From Podarcis muralis (Eukaryota): DNA of 64,000 nt. Of this stretch, positions 37,540 to 50,486 are shown one piece after another. Positions within the stretch are counted from its first letter, which is position 1. Each line of letters opens with the position of its first letter. Made by a program: the position numbers and the translations under genes. The notes under the pieces are model-generated. The model made no database searches, was not told the DNA's origin, and was given only the letters and a program-made list of their open reading frames with translations. Location of the stretch: NCBI RefSeq assembly GCF_964188315.1, contig NC_135662.1:86428001-86492000 (forward strand), read 5' to 3'.

Positions 37540-38770
37540 GAATGGAATGCTTGTGGACTGTTGTTTGTCCCCATGGAGCCTCCAAACTGGGGTTCCACAG
37601 GGGTCAATTGTATCCCCTGTGCAATTTAGCATCTACATGAAACCTCTGAGTAAGGTCCCTTTGCATTTTGGGAGTGCATTGCTAGCACTGTGCTGATGAT
37701 ATGCAGCTTTGTTTCCCTCTTTGCAGCTGCAGGAGTTGTGATGGATATGCTACTCAAGTGCCTAGCACTAATAAATGGATTAGATGGGAGCCAACAAGCT
37801 TGATTTAGATAAGACTGTGGTGCTGTTACTGGGTGCTTCACTAAACCGGATGGCTGGGGTTCAGCCTGTTCTGCATGGGGTTAACACTCCTCCTGAAGGA
37901 GCAGGTACACAGTTTGGGGCTACTTCTGGATCTTTTAGTGTCACTTGAGGCACAAGTGATAACCTCTGGACAGTGATAACTTCTGTTATCCACACTCTGG
38001 TAACCTCTAAATTAGATTAATGTGTTACGCACAGGGCTGCCTTTGAAGATGGTTTGGAAACCGCAGCTAGTTCAGAAGCTGGCAGCCAGGTTGCTGATTG
38101 GGATAAGGCAATCTGAGTATATAACACCAATTCTGGCCTGCAGGGGCTGCCAATTGGTTTCTGGGCTCAATTCAAACTGCTGGTTTTTACTAACACAGCC
38201 ATATGTGGCTCTGGTGGACGTGGGTGGCGCTGTGGGTAAAACCTCAGTGCCTAGGACTTGCCGATCGTATGGTCGGCGGTTTGAATCCCCGCGGTGGGGT
38301 GAGCTCCCGTCTTTCGGTCCCAGCTCCTGCCCACCTAGCAGTTCGAAAGCACCCCCGGGTGCAAGTAGATAAATAGGGACCGCTTACTAGCGGGAAGGTA
38401 AACGGCGTTTCCATGTGCGGCTCTGGCTCGCCAGAGCAGCGATGTCACGCTGGCCACGTGACCCGGAAGTGTCTTCGGATGGCGCTGGCCCCCGGCCTCT
38501 TAAGTGAGATGGGCGCACAACCCTAGTGTCGGACACGACTGGCCCGTATGGGCAGGGGTAGCTTTACCTTTACCTATGTGGCTCAGGACCCCAATACCTC
38601 AAGAACCACCACTCCTCATGTGACCCCACATAAATATCAACAGAGGTCCTTCTTGGTGTGCCTACTCTGAGGGAGGTGTGGAGAGTGGCGGCTCCCCGTT
38701 TGTGAAATACACCTGGGAAGTTCACCAGGTACCACTGTTGTTTGCTTTTAGGCACCAGACTAAAACCTAT
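37540..38770 (+). mobile_element. L2 LINE remnant, interrupted by a Sauria SINE
   Basis: GVPQGSIVSPVQFSIYMKPL and LVQKLAARLLIG motifs. Confidence 0.75.
38212..38574 (+). mobile_element. Sauria SINE inserted into an L2 remnant
   Basis: GGACGTGGGTGGCGCTGTGGG head and TTACCTTTACC tail. TSD TATGTGGCTC is at 38202-38211 and 38575-38584. Confidence 0.92.
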
Positions 38771-38855
38771 TTGTTTACCCAGGGCTGTGACTATTAATTG
38801 GGAGGGTAGTAAGTGATGCTTTCATATTCATAGGTCAGCATGCTAAGGTATTGTA

Positions 38856-39101
38856 CAGTGGTACCTCTGGATACGAACGGGTTCCGTTCCGGAGCCCCGT
38901 TCGCATCCTGAAGCGAACGCAACCCGCGTCCGCGCATCTTGCGATTTGCCACTTCTGCACATGCGCATGACGTCATTTTGAGCGTCTGCACATGCGCGAG
39001 CAGCGAAACCCAGAAGTAACACACTCCATTACTTCCGGGTTGCCACAGAGCGCAACCCAAAAAGGCTTAACCTGAAGCGACTTCAACCCGAGGTATGACT
39101 G
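38856..39101. mobile_element. Tc1/mariner-type MITE
   Basis: TA|CAGTGGTACCTC...GAGGTATGACTG|TA. Confidence 0.85.
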
Positions 39102-39890
39102 TATTTTATACAGAGTTTTAATGTCTTATCCAGTTAAGTTGCTTTGGGGCACTCTTCTGTGTTAGAAAAGTGACAAATAAACATTAACAACAACAAAATA
39201 AATTGTGAGACTTTTGTCTGAGATTCTCTTTATAAAGTTAAACGCTGGCTTGTCTGCCACTGCTCATCAGGCAATCTGCAATTTGTGGGGCAGCTTCCGA
39301 CTTCCTGGTCCCTGGAACTGTGCAGAAGACAGCTCAAAAGCAATCCTTTAATTCGCAAAGCAAGGAAATTGGATCTGGATTTGCTGAGAGACAGTGGTGA
39401 ACATATGGACCCCCTAAAGCTATTTTTACCAAGACACATTTCAGAGCTGAACTGAACTTCCGCAGTCTAACCCTCTCTGTTTTAAAATGTAAATGCTTTA
39501 ATTCCAAAGATGCGTGTCAGTGTCCTAAACCAGCCTGAGCAACTGTTAACCAGGACTGTTTAAGATGTGTAGGCAGATATGTGAACAATATTTGGGAACC
39601 CGCCTCCAGCTATTTTTATGTTGAGCTTTTTTTTTAAAGAAAAAAATCCTGTATACAAACATTAATTGACTAAGAGATTAGAGTTCTTCTAAGAACAAAG
39701 AAGCCCTTTAATCTACAAAGAGTTGCAAACCAGCCAGCTGCCCATTTGCCATGGAATTCTGTATGGTGATAAATAGCGGCACAGCTATTCAGGAAGCACG
39801 CAAACCTTGGCTCTCTTGCCATAACCCTGAAGCTGTTTTAGTACAAGCTTTCTGTATAAACTTTTACAGGCATGTACATTAAATATCCTC

Positions 39891-39958
<68 letters not shown>
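39891..39958. repeat. (CA)~34 microsatellite, read as (UG)n in the Pcdhg pre-mRNA
   Basis: Read directly; one TA interruption. Confidence 0.97.
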
Positions 39959-39961
<3 letters not shown>

Positions 39962-40010
39962 AGCATAGCTGAAAGTAATAACATTAGTGAACATGTTAGC
40001 TGCAACTGAC

Positions 40011-40099
40011 CATTTGCTGATGCAAGAATCATGGCTTGAAGCATTTCTGTATCAAACTGGTTGTTTGGCCAAGTCCCATTCTCATCCCCATTCTGAGAC
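40011..40099 (-). CDS. PCDHG: Pcdh-gamma constant exon 2 (89 bp, [29 protein letters not shown])
   Basis: Acceptor ctccttag|GTCTCAG, donor ATG|gtcagt. Length and peptide match the second gamma constant exon. Confidence 0.97.
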
Positions 40100-40759
40100 C
40101 TAAGGAGAAAAGAAAGCAAATGAAACATTAAAAAGAGGCAGAGGAGACACAGGGTTAACAATCTAAGGGATCGCTTCCTCCACACAGCACACACAGCACA
40201 GTCTATTCTTAGTATTGTTTTTTGGGGGGTGGGGTGGGGTGGGGGAGAAAGCACATGGTACAAGGGAGGTATCCTTTTTTGAGGGACTAATTTCTTCATG
40301 GGTGTACTCTTAACTGGGAACCGACTGCAAAGCAAACCTACTGTCCCTTTAAAAGTTGTGCAAGTGAGCTTGTTATGCAAGGAAAAGAAAAAAACTTTTC
40401 CTACAGACATTCTCTCTGGTACACAACAGTGTCTTATGGCACATTAAAACAGATTTATTGTGACATGAGCTTTTGTGGACTAGAGCCTACTTTGGCAGAT
40501 GCTTGAAGTTTTCTCCTCAGTATTTCATGCAACTCATGATTCACAAAGCACATGCCGCAAAAATGACAAAAACATCTGTTATTTTTGCTGCTCACAGGTC
40601 TACCCCTCTGGAATTTACTGTTATTGGAGCCCCAATCCCCAATAACTGGGCATGCTGTTTAGCAGGGCATGCTGCCCCCTTAGTGCACTTAGGATACTGA
40701 CAATAACTTGCTGAACACAGTTAAGAAGCTCAACACATAAGTTACACATTATGTGGTAA

Positions 40760-41118
40760 AGGTAAAGGTACCCCTGCCGGTACGGGCCAGTCTTGACAGA
40801 CTCTAGGGTTGTGCGCTCATCTCACTCTAGAGGCTGGGAGCCAGCACTGTCCGCAGACACTTCCGGGTCACGTGGCCAGCGTGACAAAGCTGCTCTGGCG
40901 AACCGGCACCAGAGCAGCACACGGAACGCCGTTTACCTTCCCGCTATAAAGCAGTACCTATTTATCTACTTGCACTTAGGGGTGCTTTCGAACTGCTAGG
41001 TGGGCAGGAGCTGGGACCGAACGACGGGAGCTCACCCCGCTGCGGGGATTTGAACCGCCGACCATGCGATCGGCAAGTCCTAGGTGCTGAGGTTTTGCCC
41101 ACAGCACCACCCGCGTCC
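40760..41118 (-). mobile_element. Young Sauria SINE
   Basis: Full-length, with a perfect 15-bp TSD CACATTATGTGGTAA at 40745-40759 and 41119-41133. Confidence 0.93.
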
Positions 41119-42374
41119 CACATTATGTGGTAATACCCTCCAAAATTTCTCCGACGAGAACAGGGGCGTTCCATTCCATAATGATAATTTTACTATTTAT
41201 ACCCCACACATCTTACAGGGTTGCCTCAGGCACTCTGGGCAGCTTCCAACACATATAAAAACATAATAAAACATGAAACATTAAAAAAAACTTCCCTATA
41301 CAGGATTGCCTTCAGATGGCTCAGGGGTCAGATAACTCCACAACCTCCAACATTTCTCCAATGAAAATAGGGACATTCTAAGGAAAAGTGGGACATTCCA
41401 GGATCAAATGAGAAACCTGGATGGCGTCTCTAAATCAGGGACATTCCTGGAAAATAGGGACACTTGGAGAGTCTGTAATGCATTTGTGCCTGAGTATGTG
41501 CCTCTGTATCCTGACAATAAGTAATGGTAGATTCTTACTCCTCTCTTCTGAAACTGTGAGCCAGGAGTTTCATGTCAGGGTGCAAGGATCCAGGTGGATT
41601 AGGAGAGCCACTGTTTCTCTCTCATTCTTGAAAAGCCATGTTTCATATATATTTCATTTTTTAACAATAAGTGGCACAATGCCACGGGAAAATAAAACTC
41701 CCCCCCCCTTCTATCAAGTCACATCCATGAAGGGGTGCAATCAAAGTCTTTTGGACCCACAAAGCTCTATTTGCTGCTTACATTAAAACAAAAGGCGGTA
41801 TGGGAGACGGGGAAATTGGCAGCACTTTCTACCAAATCAAGATGCCAAAGCAGATCCCTTCAGCTGCAGAACCACTTTACACTGCCTGTAAAACTGTTAC
41901 TTGAGCTGTTGACTCAGCTTATTCTAATATCCTGGTGTCTACTCCTTGCATTGATTTATAGTCTGACCTTATTTGTGTACTTACAAGCCGGTCCCACTGA
42001 TTCAAAGTAATCAGAACTTACTTCCAAATAAGTGCAGCTGTAGGGACAACCATGCAACTCCATCACTGATTGGCCTTCAATGCTTTCCCAATGTCCGCAA
42101 TATACTCTAAAATACTTTTAAAAAAGTAATCACTGGGCACTTACTAAGAGTACAATCCACCATGGTGACTGAGGCCAGTTCATTTCCCAAACCCAGACTG
42201 GAACGGGTCCAGATAATCTGCTTCTTCCAAGAGTACCTGGAGTTGAGCTATCACTAGCTTCTCTAGAACCTTCACCTAAAACAGGGTGTTTGTGACAAAG
42301 CAGTATTGTCATAAAACTCTGGGTCCAGGGTAGGATCCTTCAAGAATGGGCACATTACTGCCCTTTAGATATTT

Positions 42375-42690
42375 CATGGAATCATAGAGTTGGAAGGGAC
42401 CCAAGGGGCATCTAGTCCAACTCCCTACAATGCAGCAGGAATCTCACCTAAAACATCCATGACAGATTGCCGTCCAAACTCTACTTAAAAACCTCCAAGG
42501 AAAGAGAGTCCACAACCTCCCGAGGGAGATTTGAAAATGGCTAACCTATCTTCTCTCAGTCTCCTCTTCTCTAGGCTAAACATACCCAACTCTCTCAACC
42601 ATTCTTTATAAGGCTTGGTTTCCAGACCCTTAACCATCTTGGCTGCCCTCCTCTATACACGTTCCAGCTTGTCAATATCATCTTAATGAG
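42375..42690 (-). mobile_element. CR1 LINE 3' fragment
   Basis: AATCATAGAGTTGGAAGGGACC start followed by CR1 3' ORF2 sequence. Confidence 0.75.
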
Positions 42691-43802
42691 CTCACACAGG
42701 AGATAACTATTGCTATGAGGCCAAAGCCTCACCAGAAGGCCATGACAACTGTACACCAGCAGTATCCCCCATCTATTTCTTTGGCTCAACACCAGGAATA
42801 GTGTTGGTTTTTTTGCTGAGAATAATGCAATGTCTACGTTTTGAACACCAAATATGCTGTTGGCTGAAATGATATTTACACCCAAAGGACCATTTATCAA
42901 GAAAATAATCCGTATTGTTCTAAAAAAGAGAAAATTTAACTGAGATAGTTTCTAATTAAAAACAAGGAAATAAAACTTGCCATCTTAAGTTTGTTTAGAA
43001 GATAGTAGAAAAGTCTGAACATAAAACAGACTGCCAGTTACCAGAGTAATTGCTTGTCTTTATTAGGGTGTAATCCTATGCCCAGTTACCTGGGAGAAAG
43101 CCCTGTTGAACTGAATGGGACTTACTGCCATACATTTTTACTCTGCCTTTCAGCCAGCCAAGTGCCTAGGGAGGCTTAAATGAAACTAATAGAAATAGTG
43201 CAATCAATAAAAGGAGAGGATCTAATAAACAAGTGGGAAAGCAGAATAAAAATATAAGGCTGCTTTGTATGACTGTGTATACTGCCTTGTACTCTTCAGA
43301 ATCATCCTACGTTCAAAAAGGGTGGAACAGCAAATCAGTTACTGTGCCAAAAATTGCAGGATATGACAAAGAAGCTTGGCACATAGGCAGCACTCTTGAC
43401 TATGTTTCCAGCATAGGCAAATGTCCCCCCGTTGGGGTGCTCAGACCAAAAAAGCCGTGTCTCCTCACACAGTGGGGGCAACCCAGAAAAGGAAGAAGCT
43501 GTCAGGCTAGTTAGCAGACAGAATTAGAACAAACTAGAAAATATTATATGCTAGGTTATGCAGTTATGCTATATATAATGTAAAGTACAACCCTGCCTTC
43601 CCCTGTCACTGTGTTATTTTCACATACTTGGTGTGAAAGACAGAGGGGGGCGAGAACAGGAATGCAAAGTACTGGTATGAATTAATCCGCTCTTCGGCTT
43701 AAATAAAACCAAGAAATGCTTTCTGATTTGGCAGAGCTCTAGCCATTACAGCTCAGCATCTTCCGAAGGCTAGGAGGCCCTCCTGTATCTAGCACACTGG
43801 CA

Positions 43803-43816
43803 GTTTCTATGGCAAC
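43803..43816. promoter_or_regulatory. RFX X-box GTTTCTATGGCAAC in a constant-region intron
   Basis: Near-palindromic X-box in apparently non-repetitive sequence. Confidence 0.45.
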
Positions 43817-45844
43817 CTGCTGTGTATGCGTGCTACATCAATTGCATCACAAACACTTCTTCCATTAAACCACTGTATGTCTGTGCTGCATTTAACTGGC
43901 ATTTTCTATGGAATGTGTTAGTTCCGCTGGATTTTCTTTTGCGAGAGAAGAGGAGAGGCCATGGCGGAGGATGTGCTGTCGTGCTGAAGGTCCCTGGTTC
44001 AATGTTTTCATTAAAATGATGTTGGCCAGAAGGACAGAAAACCTTTTCCTGAGAACCTTGGGGAGCCACTGCCAGTTAGGGTGAGCTCAGTGGACCAATG
44101 GCCTCCTCGCCCAGGGCAAGGCAGGAATCGGAAAAGGAAGCGAGGCTTTCTAGCCGAGGTCCTTCATTGTCTATGTTTGCATGTATAAGGAGGGGAAGAG
44201 GGGGGGACACCTTTCAGAACAGAAAGGCAATGAAGTGGCAGTGGATGGTAGGGAGGGAAGAGAGCAGTTTCAGACACTGAGCAGATCTTGCACTGCAAGT
44301 ACCTCTGGAGATGCCACCTACAAACTCCTGGGCTACTGACTGTGAAGAAAGGACTCTGACCCCAATGAGCTTGCATACGGACACATAGCACAGCTACATC
44401 AGCCAGTTGAAAAATGGGCAATTCTAGTGCAAGGTTGGCCATTAAAGGCAAGTAAGACAAGGTGGCAGCCCCACTCCTGGAGTACTTCATTGGCAACTCC
44501 AGAGAATTCTGGTATGGCAGAAATGATTTCAAGCACCTGCCTGCTAATTATGTCTCTCAGTATCCACTGAGTTCCTCTTGCCCCGGGAAAAAAAATCTCT
44601 GCACTGCACTGTGAGCCACAGACACCATTTGCAATCAGATTTCAAGAAATATCATGTTAGACTGATTTATTAAAATGCAGTTGTGTGAAGGGGGGAAATG
44701 TGTGTATGTGTGGGGGCAGGGAGGAATGGACTGCTACTTTAAAAACAGAAATACTGTTTCTGTACCTTCAAAAATAGTATTGGGTGGAGCTTTCCCCATC
44801 ATTTTCTCTTCCTGCCCAGAGAAGCTCCACCTGCTATTAAAGGCGGAGAAGCAGTGCCAGTGAGAAAGGTGGCAACCCTACAGGTTGTAAGGATACAATT
44901 GGTCACCTTTGCCCAGGGAAACTAATGGACAGCTGCTGTTAAGCTTCTAGTAAAATCCCTCATTAGCACTGTCCCAATGATAAGAAGCTGCTTTAAATAT
45001 AGACAGTAGATTGCAGGCGATTATAGACAATTAGGATCGCCACATTTCCCCCCCAGCAGTGCTCCTCTGCCTCATCACAGTTATTGGAGACCTTCATTAT
45101 CACTCCATGCAAAGGGGGGGGGACTTCACTTGCAGAATTTCTGCTTTCATACACTTAAAAGGCACAGGTGAATCGCTAGAAAAAATACGGACAATCGCAC
45201 AGATTACTACACAGTTATCAAATCTGCAGGAGATCACTTATTAGGGAGAACAGGACTGCAGACAATTGTGTAAGAGTGCTAAAAATTGCATATTTATTTC
45301 CATTTAAAGAGAGCATAAGACTGGAGAAAGAGGTCTTAGGTCCTAGCTAATACTTAAGGAAATGCTTAGAAAATGCAGTGGAAGTAGTCAAGGACTTGAG
45401 GACAAGGGCCGGTGCCATGGATCAGCATTACTAGGCACCCACAGAGACCGAAGCCCCAACAGAAGAGGGTCCACCGCTAAATCCTATTCATTGGCTTAAA
45501 ACATTTCTATACTGCTCTTCAGTTAAGAGTTTCCAAGGAAGTATTACAACAGCTTGCAGACTGCAAAACACAAATCACCAATAAAATGGTTGAGAGAGCA
45601 CAACAAACAATCCAAGCGGATATATAAAAATGCACCAGAAGTTAAAAACCTGGGGGAATAAAAAGGTATTTGTCTGGTGCCTAGAAGATATTAATGTAGT
45701 CACTAGGCAAGCCTCCCTAGGAGAGAGCCCCACAAGGGGTGCTACAAGTGAGAAGGCCCTGTCTGGCTGTTGCTATCCGGTCCTCTGCCACTCTAGGAAA
45801 CACACAAGCACACACAACCCCAGGAAGCATCCAGTGATGTGAAG

Positions 45845-45990
45845 GAATCATAGAATCGTAGACTTGTAGAGTTGGAAGAGACCCTGAGGGTCATCTAGTC
45901 CAACCCGCTGCAATGCAGGATTATGCAGCTGCCCCTATGAAGGCTGAAACGGCAACCCTGGCATTATCAGCACCATGATCTAACCACCAC
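45845..45990 (-). mobile_element. CR1-tailed SINE / CR1 3' end
   Basis: AGAATCGTAGACTTGTAGAGTTGGAAGAGACCCTGAGGGTCATCTAGTCCAACC. Confidence 0.65.
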
Positions 45991-47825
45991 CACAAATCAA
46001 CAGGAGCTGAACTACACCTGCCACTCGAGGCGTGTGAGCAGGGGCAAGAGCAAGGAGGAGGAGAAGTCACAGAAACAGCAGCCACCCCCACCTCTCTCTT
46101 TCAGCAGCAGTGTGGGGCTGGACCCAAAGGAGGAGAGCAAGCAAATGGGCAGCACAGATGCCACCAAAGAGGATGTGAGGATGTGGGCCCATCTTGTCCA
46201 ATCTCCACTGCCTCTTCCAACCAAAAAGTCAACAGACAAACCCCTGTATATCATGAGCCTCCCCCTCCCCATTTTTATCTACAAGCTTTGCTGAACTGGG
46301 GGCAGGAACAGTAGACCAAGACGAAATGAAATTAAACTACTGAGAATATACATTGATCGTGCCAAACACTGATCTAAAATTTGGAAATGGCCATATGTGC
46401 AACTGCTCAGGGGGGGGGGGGGGGAAATGCTCCTGTGTCATTAACAGGGGTCTGACTGGAAGAAATCAGAAGTGAAGCTTTCCATGCCATGGAGCAAATC
46501 ACCTGTTCACTGCTGTAGCTCAAATGGTTAAGGAAGAGCTAAAGAGACTGGTTGAAAAGTTGGCAGCTCTGCTGCAGCAGCAGCAGCAAGTCTGGACAAC
46601 CAGGAAGCTCAAACTGAGCTTTTCCTTGAGGGCTGAAGAATGCTGCCTTCTATGATGATGTTGCTTCTAATCTAGGAACAAAAAGCCCTTTATCAAACAC
46701 TCAGTGACCTATTTTACTACAGTACAGTATATTTACTGCATTCTGGATTGGAGTTGCCAACATTTTCTGGCAGATTTTCTGAGCCTTTAACAGGTGTGTA
46801 AGAAGATTTCTGCAAGTGAAGCCTTTCCCTCTCATTAGCCATCTGTGCAATTGGGAAAAGTTTCAACTACTGGCACTTTCCCCAACTATGCAGATGTGGT
46901 GATGAGAGCAAAAGGTTTCACATAATGTATTCCTGCTTGTACAGCTGCAGTTCAGTTTGCAGAAGCCTGCTGGGACAAGCATCTCAGATCTATTCAGATG
47001 CAGGCATTACGTGCCTCCTTTTTTTACCCTAAGCTACCACTTTAATATATTCCATCTGTTGTAGGATATTATTATTATTAAAAACAGCCAGGTGATTTAT
47101 CCAATTTGCAGTATTTTTATGAGTTTGGTGGGAGGGGCGCAACACAACTCTGGTGGACACCAGCTTTCTTGTGTCAATTCCCTAAGCAAAATAAGAATAT
47201 ATCAGAATGTATATCCAGTAGATCCACTTTGCCTGTTCTCCTGCTCTGGAAGTTCTAAAAAACTCTGCTCAGGGACAGGTGTGTCTCCATTGTTGGTTTC
47301 GCAATCAAAGGATTGTCAAGTTCAATTGGCCAATAGATGCTTAAACATCTGCTACTAAATGCAGAGTTTTCTGAATGACAAAAGTAGGCATATTGCCATA
47401 ATTATTATTTTTAATGGCCCAAGTTACTTCTTTCAATGTAATTGGGTACAAGGTGCGTTCTGATAACTAGGGTGACCACAACTGGTAAAGCTCACCCCAC
47501 CATGAATATCTATGCCAGATATTTCTCCATGTCAGGCTGATGTTAAAGGTACAAAGAGTAGGGGCAGAGATAAGAAACATCTGTACCAGTGCTCCACCTG
47601 CATTGTTTTGATGTAATCCTTACAACACGTCTATAAGTGTTAGCCTCCAGACTGCAGTGGCAGGTGGGTGGGAAGGCAGAGGATGAGAGTGAGGCTGGCT
47701 TGCCTGGGGCTACCTTATGACTTCATGGCAGAGGTGAGATTTGAACCAGGGCCTTCCTGAGTCAGCACTCTGTCTCTTTGTCATGGCTCTACATCAACCT
47801 TCTTTTAAAAACTTCTGATTACCCT

Positions 47826-48033
47826 GTTACAGATAGGTAGCCGTGTTGGTCTGCCATAGTCAAAATAAAAAAAATTCCTTCCAGTAGCACCTTAAAGACC
47901 AACTAAGTTAGTTCTTGGTATGAGCTTTCGTGTGCATGCACACTTCTTCAGATAGTGTGCATGCACACGAAAGCTCATACCAAGAACTAACTTAGTTGGT
48001 CTTTAAGGTGCTACTGGAAGGAATTTTTTTTTA
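47826..48033. mobile_element. Penelope-like element terminal-repeat insertion with an inverted duplication and 13-bp TSD
   Basis: Perfect ~78-bp inverted arms (47867-47944 and 47954-48031) around a 9-nt spacer. TTCTGATTACCCT is duplicated at 47813-47825 and 48034-48046. The sequence resembles recalled squamate Penelope terminal repeats. Confidence 0.8.
47918..47954 (-). ncRNA. Minimal type-I hammerhead ribozyme motif (Penelope-associated)
   Basis: Minus strand reads UAU-CUGAAGA-A-GUGUG(CAUG)CACAC-GAAA-GCUC^AUA. The catalytic core is intact, stem II has 5 bp, the AGCU in stem III is palindromic (dimer type), and stem I has only 3 bp. Confidence 0.65.
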
Positions 48034-48339
48034 TTCTGATTACCCTAGTAAAAGACACTGGAGCAGAACCCTTTTTAAAAAGTACACAACCCTGCTATTG
48101 GCAACTTGAAAAACAAGTGCCTGGTTCTAGAGCTAAGACATTTGTGGCTCAGGGTCCATCTGCACTTCCCTTTGTCTCATGATTTCAAGTGTCTGAGAGG
48201 TTTTTTTTGGTCTTGCTGGTTTCCCCGTTGCTTACTGCTTAATCAGAACAAACATCTATCTGCAGAAAACCCAAACATTTATTTGGGGGGGGGGGGGGGA
48301 AGTGCCTCAGCCCTCAGGAGCCGGTGCCTTTGGATGGAG

Positions 48340-49270
48340 GTGTCCAGGGGCACTCCAAAGAGAATGGGATGAGAGCAGTGCAACTTTGCTCCCACTTCTC
48401 AGTATTTCTGCAGCTTTCAATACGATTGACTATGGCAGAGGTTTTCAACCTTTTGGAGTCCACGGCTCCCTTGACCAACGACATTCTTTCTGCGGCACCC
48501 CTGTGGGGCTCAGGAGACCAGTTGTGTCACCCCTTGCCTGCAGAGCTGGCAGCCTCCCCTCAACCTCTTCTCCTCTTCCCTCTACTTGGGAGTCCTCTGG
48601 GCAGCAACTCCTGCCACCCCTGGTCCTGGTGTCTCCCAGAGGCACCATTCACCTGCAGGGCTTATAGCCTGGGCTGCTGCAACAAACAGCTGTGCAAATC
48701 TCTGGGAGGCTGAGACTTGAGAAGGCATCAAAGGAGGGAGGGAAAGAAAGAAAGAGGGACAGAGGCCAGTGTTGCCCACAGCACCCCTGACCATCATTCA
48801 AGGAACCCTGGGGTGCCACGGCACACTGGACTATAAAAAGACCTCTAGACTGGCTCTGTGAAGTGGGGATCTGGGGGCACTGTACTACAGTTGTCCTGGT
48901 CCCACCTATGGGACCAAGTCCAGATAGGAGCACTGGAAAAGTGCTTTTTGGCTCCCTGGCAGTTATGCCACAGGCCACTGTTTTATCCCCAGTGCTCTGA
49001 AACCACTGGGAGTAGTCATTAGGAGTTTGGGGGCAGGATGCCATTCGTCTGCTGATGATGCTCAGGTCTATTTTTTGAAAACATCTGAATCAGGGGAGGT
49101 CATGCAGGCCTGAATACAATGATGGACTACATGGAAAATAAACTGAGCTCGAATCCTGGCAAGACAGAGGCACTGTGGGTATAGAAATTTAATAACTAAT
49201 AATATTTTTTTGTAAACCGCTTAGAAGTTTTATTTATAAACAAGCAGTATATAAATTTTGCTAAATCGAT
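48340..49270 (+). mobile_element. L2 remnant split by a hAT-type MITE-like insertion (~48436-48850)
   Basis: LLSISAAFNTIDY lies on the left and an NKL-x-SNPGKTEALW-like segment on the right. The central block starts CAGAGGTTTTCAACC. Confidence 0.55.
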
Positions 49271-50427
49271 CAATTACAGTCACCTGAGTCACAGATTCAC
49301 ATGCAACTTTCAGTAAGGGGATAATAGCTTCTATTTACAAAGCTACTATATTGTCACCACTCTTTCCTTTGGAACTTTTGTTCATTTGTTACAACACCCC
49401 AAGGCTATTCATATTCTATATATTCAATTTATTTTGGGCAATATTGAACTTGACATCCTTGATTAATAAGAGGACAGTTTTCAGAACTATAAGTGTGTCG
49501 GGTCCATAGAGGGAAGCAAAATCTACAAAAGGAGTCCTGTGGCACCTTTAAAAGCTATTGTGTTTGTTAACGGCAGAATCCTTTGCAGGCTAGAGCCCAA
49601 CTTTATCACATGGCGACAATGTCAAGGAGTTTTCAAGGTGTTGCTTCCTTCTAGCATGGTTGTCTGTGGTTCGGGCTGCTGCTGGCTTTCTCCACAGCTA
49701 TCTCAGATATTCATTATTTGAGGGAGGCACGAAGTGCTATCAGACCATGTTTTCATCACCCAGCACCCTCCTCCAATCTACATGACTATTCCAAGTTTTG
49801 GCCAGCCCCTTTAACTGCAATTTGTTTTGCAGCAAATTAATGGTGAAACACTTTGCTCCATACTGCCACTTGATGACTTTTGCAGAGGCACAGGGGTGAG
49901 AGCTTTCTTTTTTGGCCAACTGGCAACCCTATTTTAATAATAACCAATTCATCTCAGTTGGATTTGCTTAATAGCTTGACAAGAGATTGTTGGTAAGTCA
50001 TTTAATCCTCCTATTTACAACCCAGCTTCTTCTTTTTTGGTAACAATAGATAGAACCAGACAACCAGTATAACAAGAAGCTCAGGAAAACAGTCAGGGAA
50101 GATAGGAGCTGTAGTCTGGACACATCTGGAGGACCATGGGTTCCCCATTCCTGCCTTAATCCATAGGTTGGTTCATTCACTGCATATGGAAAACTGGTGT
50201 GAGATAACATAGACTCAAACTCACACAACCCTTTTCGAATTTTTTTTTTAGCACAATGTATTATAGAAATGGTGGCAGAACAGCTGAAAGATCAGAGAAA
50301 GATCAGACTGCTGCTGCCTCAGCTACGCATCCATATATTCAGTGCACTTCCACAACAGCACAGAACTAAAATCCATAGCTGGAACTTTAGAACAGCTTTG
50401 CAGAAGATGAGAAAATAAATAACTCAC

Positions 50428-50486
50428 CCACTGGTTCCTGGTCTCTGGGCCTGAGAGAAACGCCAGTCTGTGTTAGGTTGTGCTTG
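50428..50486 (-). CDS. PCDHG: Pcdh-gamma constant exon 1 (59 bp, [20 protein letters not shown])
   Basis: Acceptor ttctcttgcag|CAAGCA, donor GG|gtgagt. Length and peptide match the recalled mammalian first gamma constant exon. Confidence 0.97.

Noticed and set aside
40420-40510. Other Penelope-type terminal-repeat remnants with hammerhead-like traces (also ~17910-17970 and ~49530-49620)
   Set aside because: Catalytic core nucleotides (CUGANGA/GAAA) are mutated or stem II is deleted, so they are inactive.
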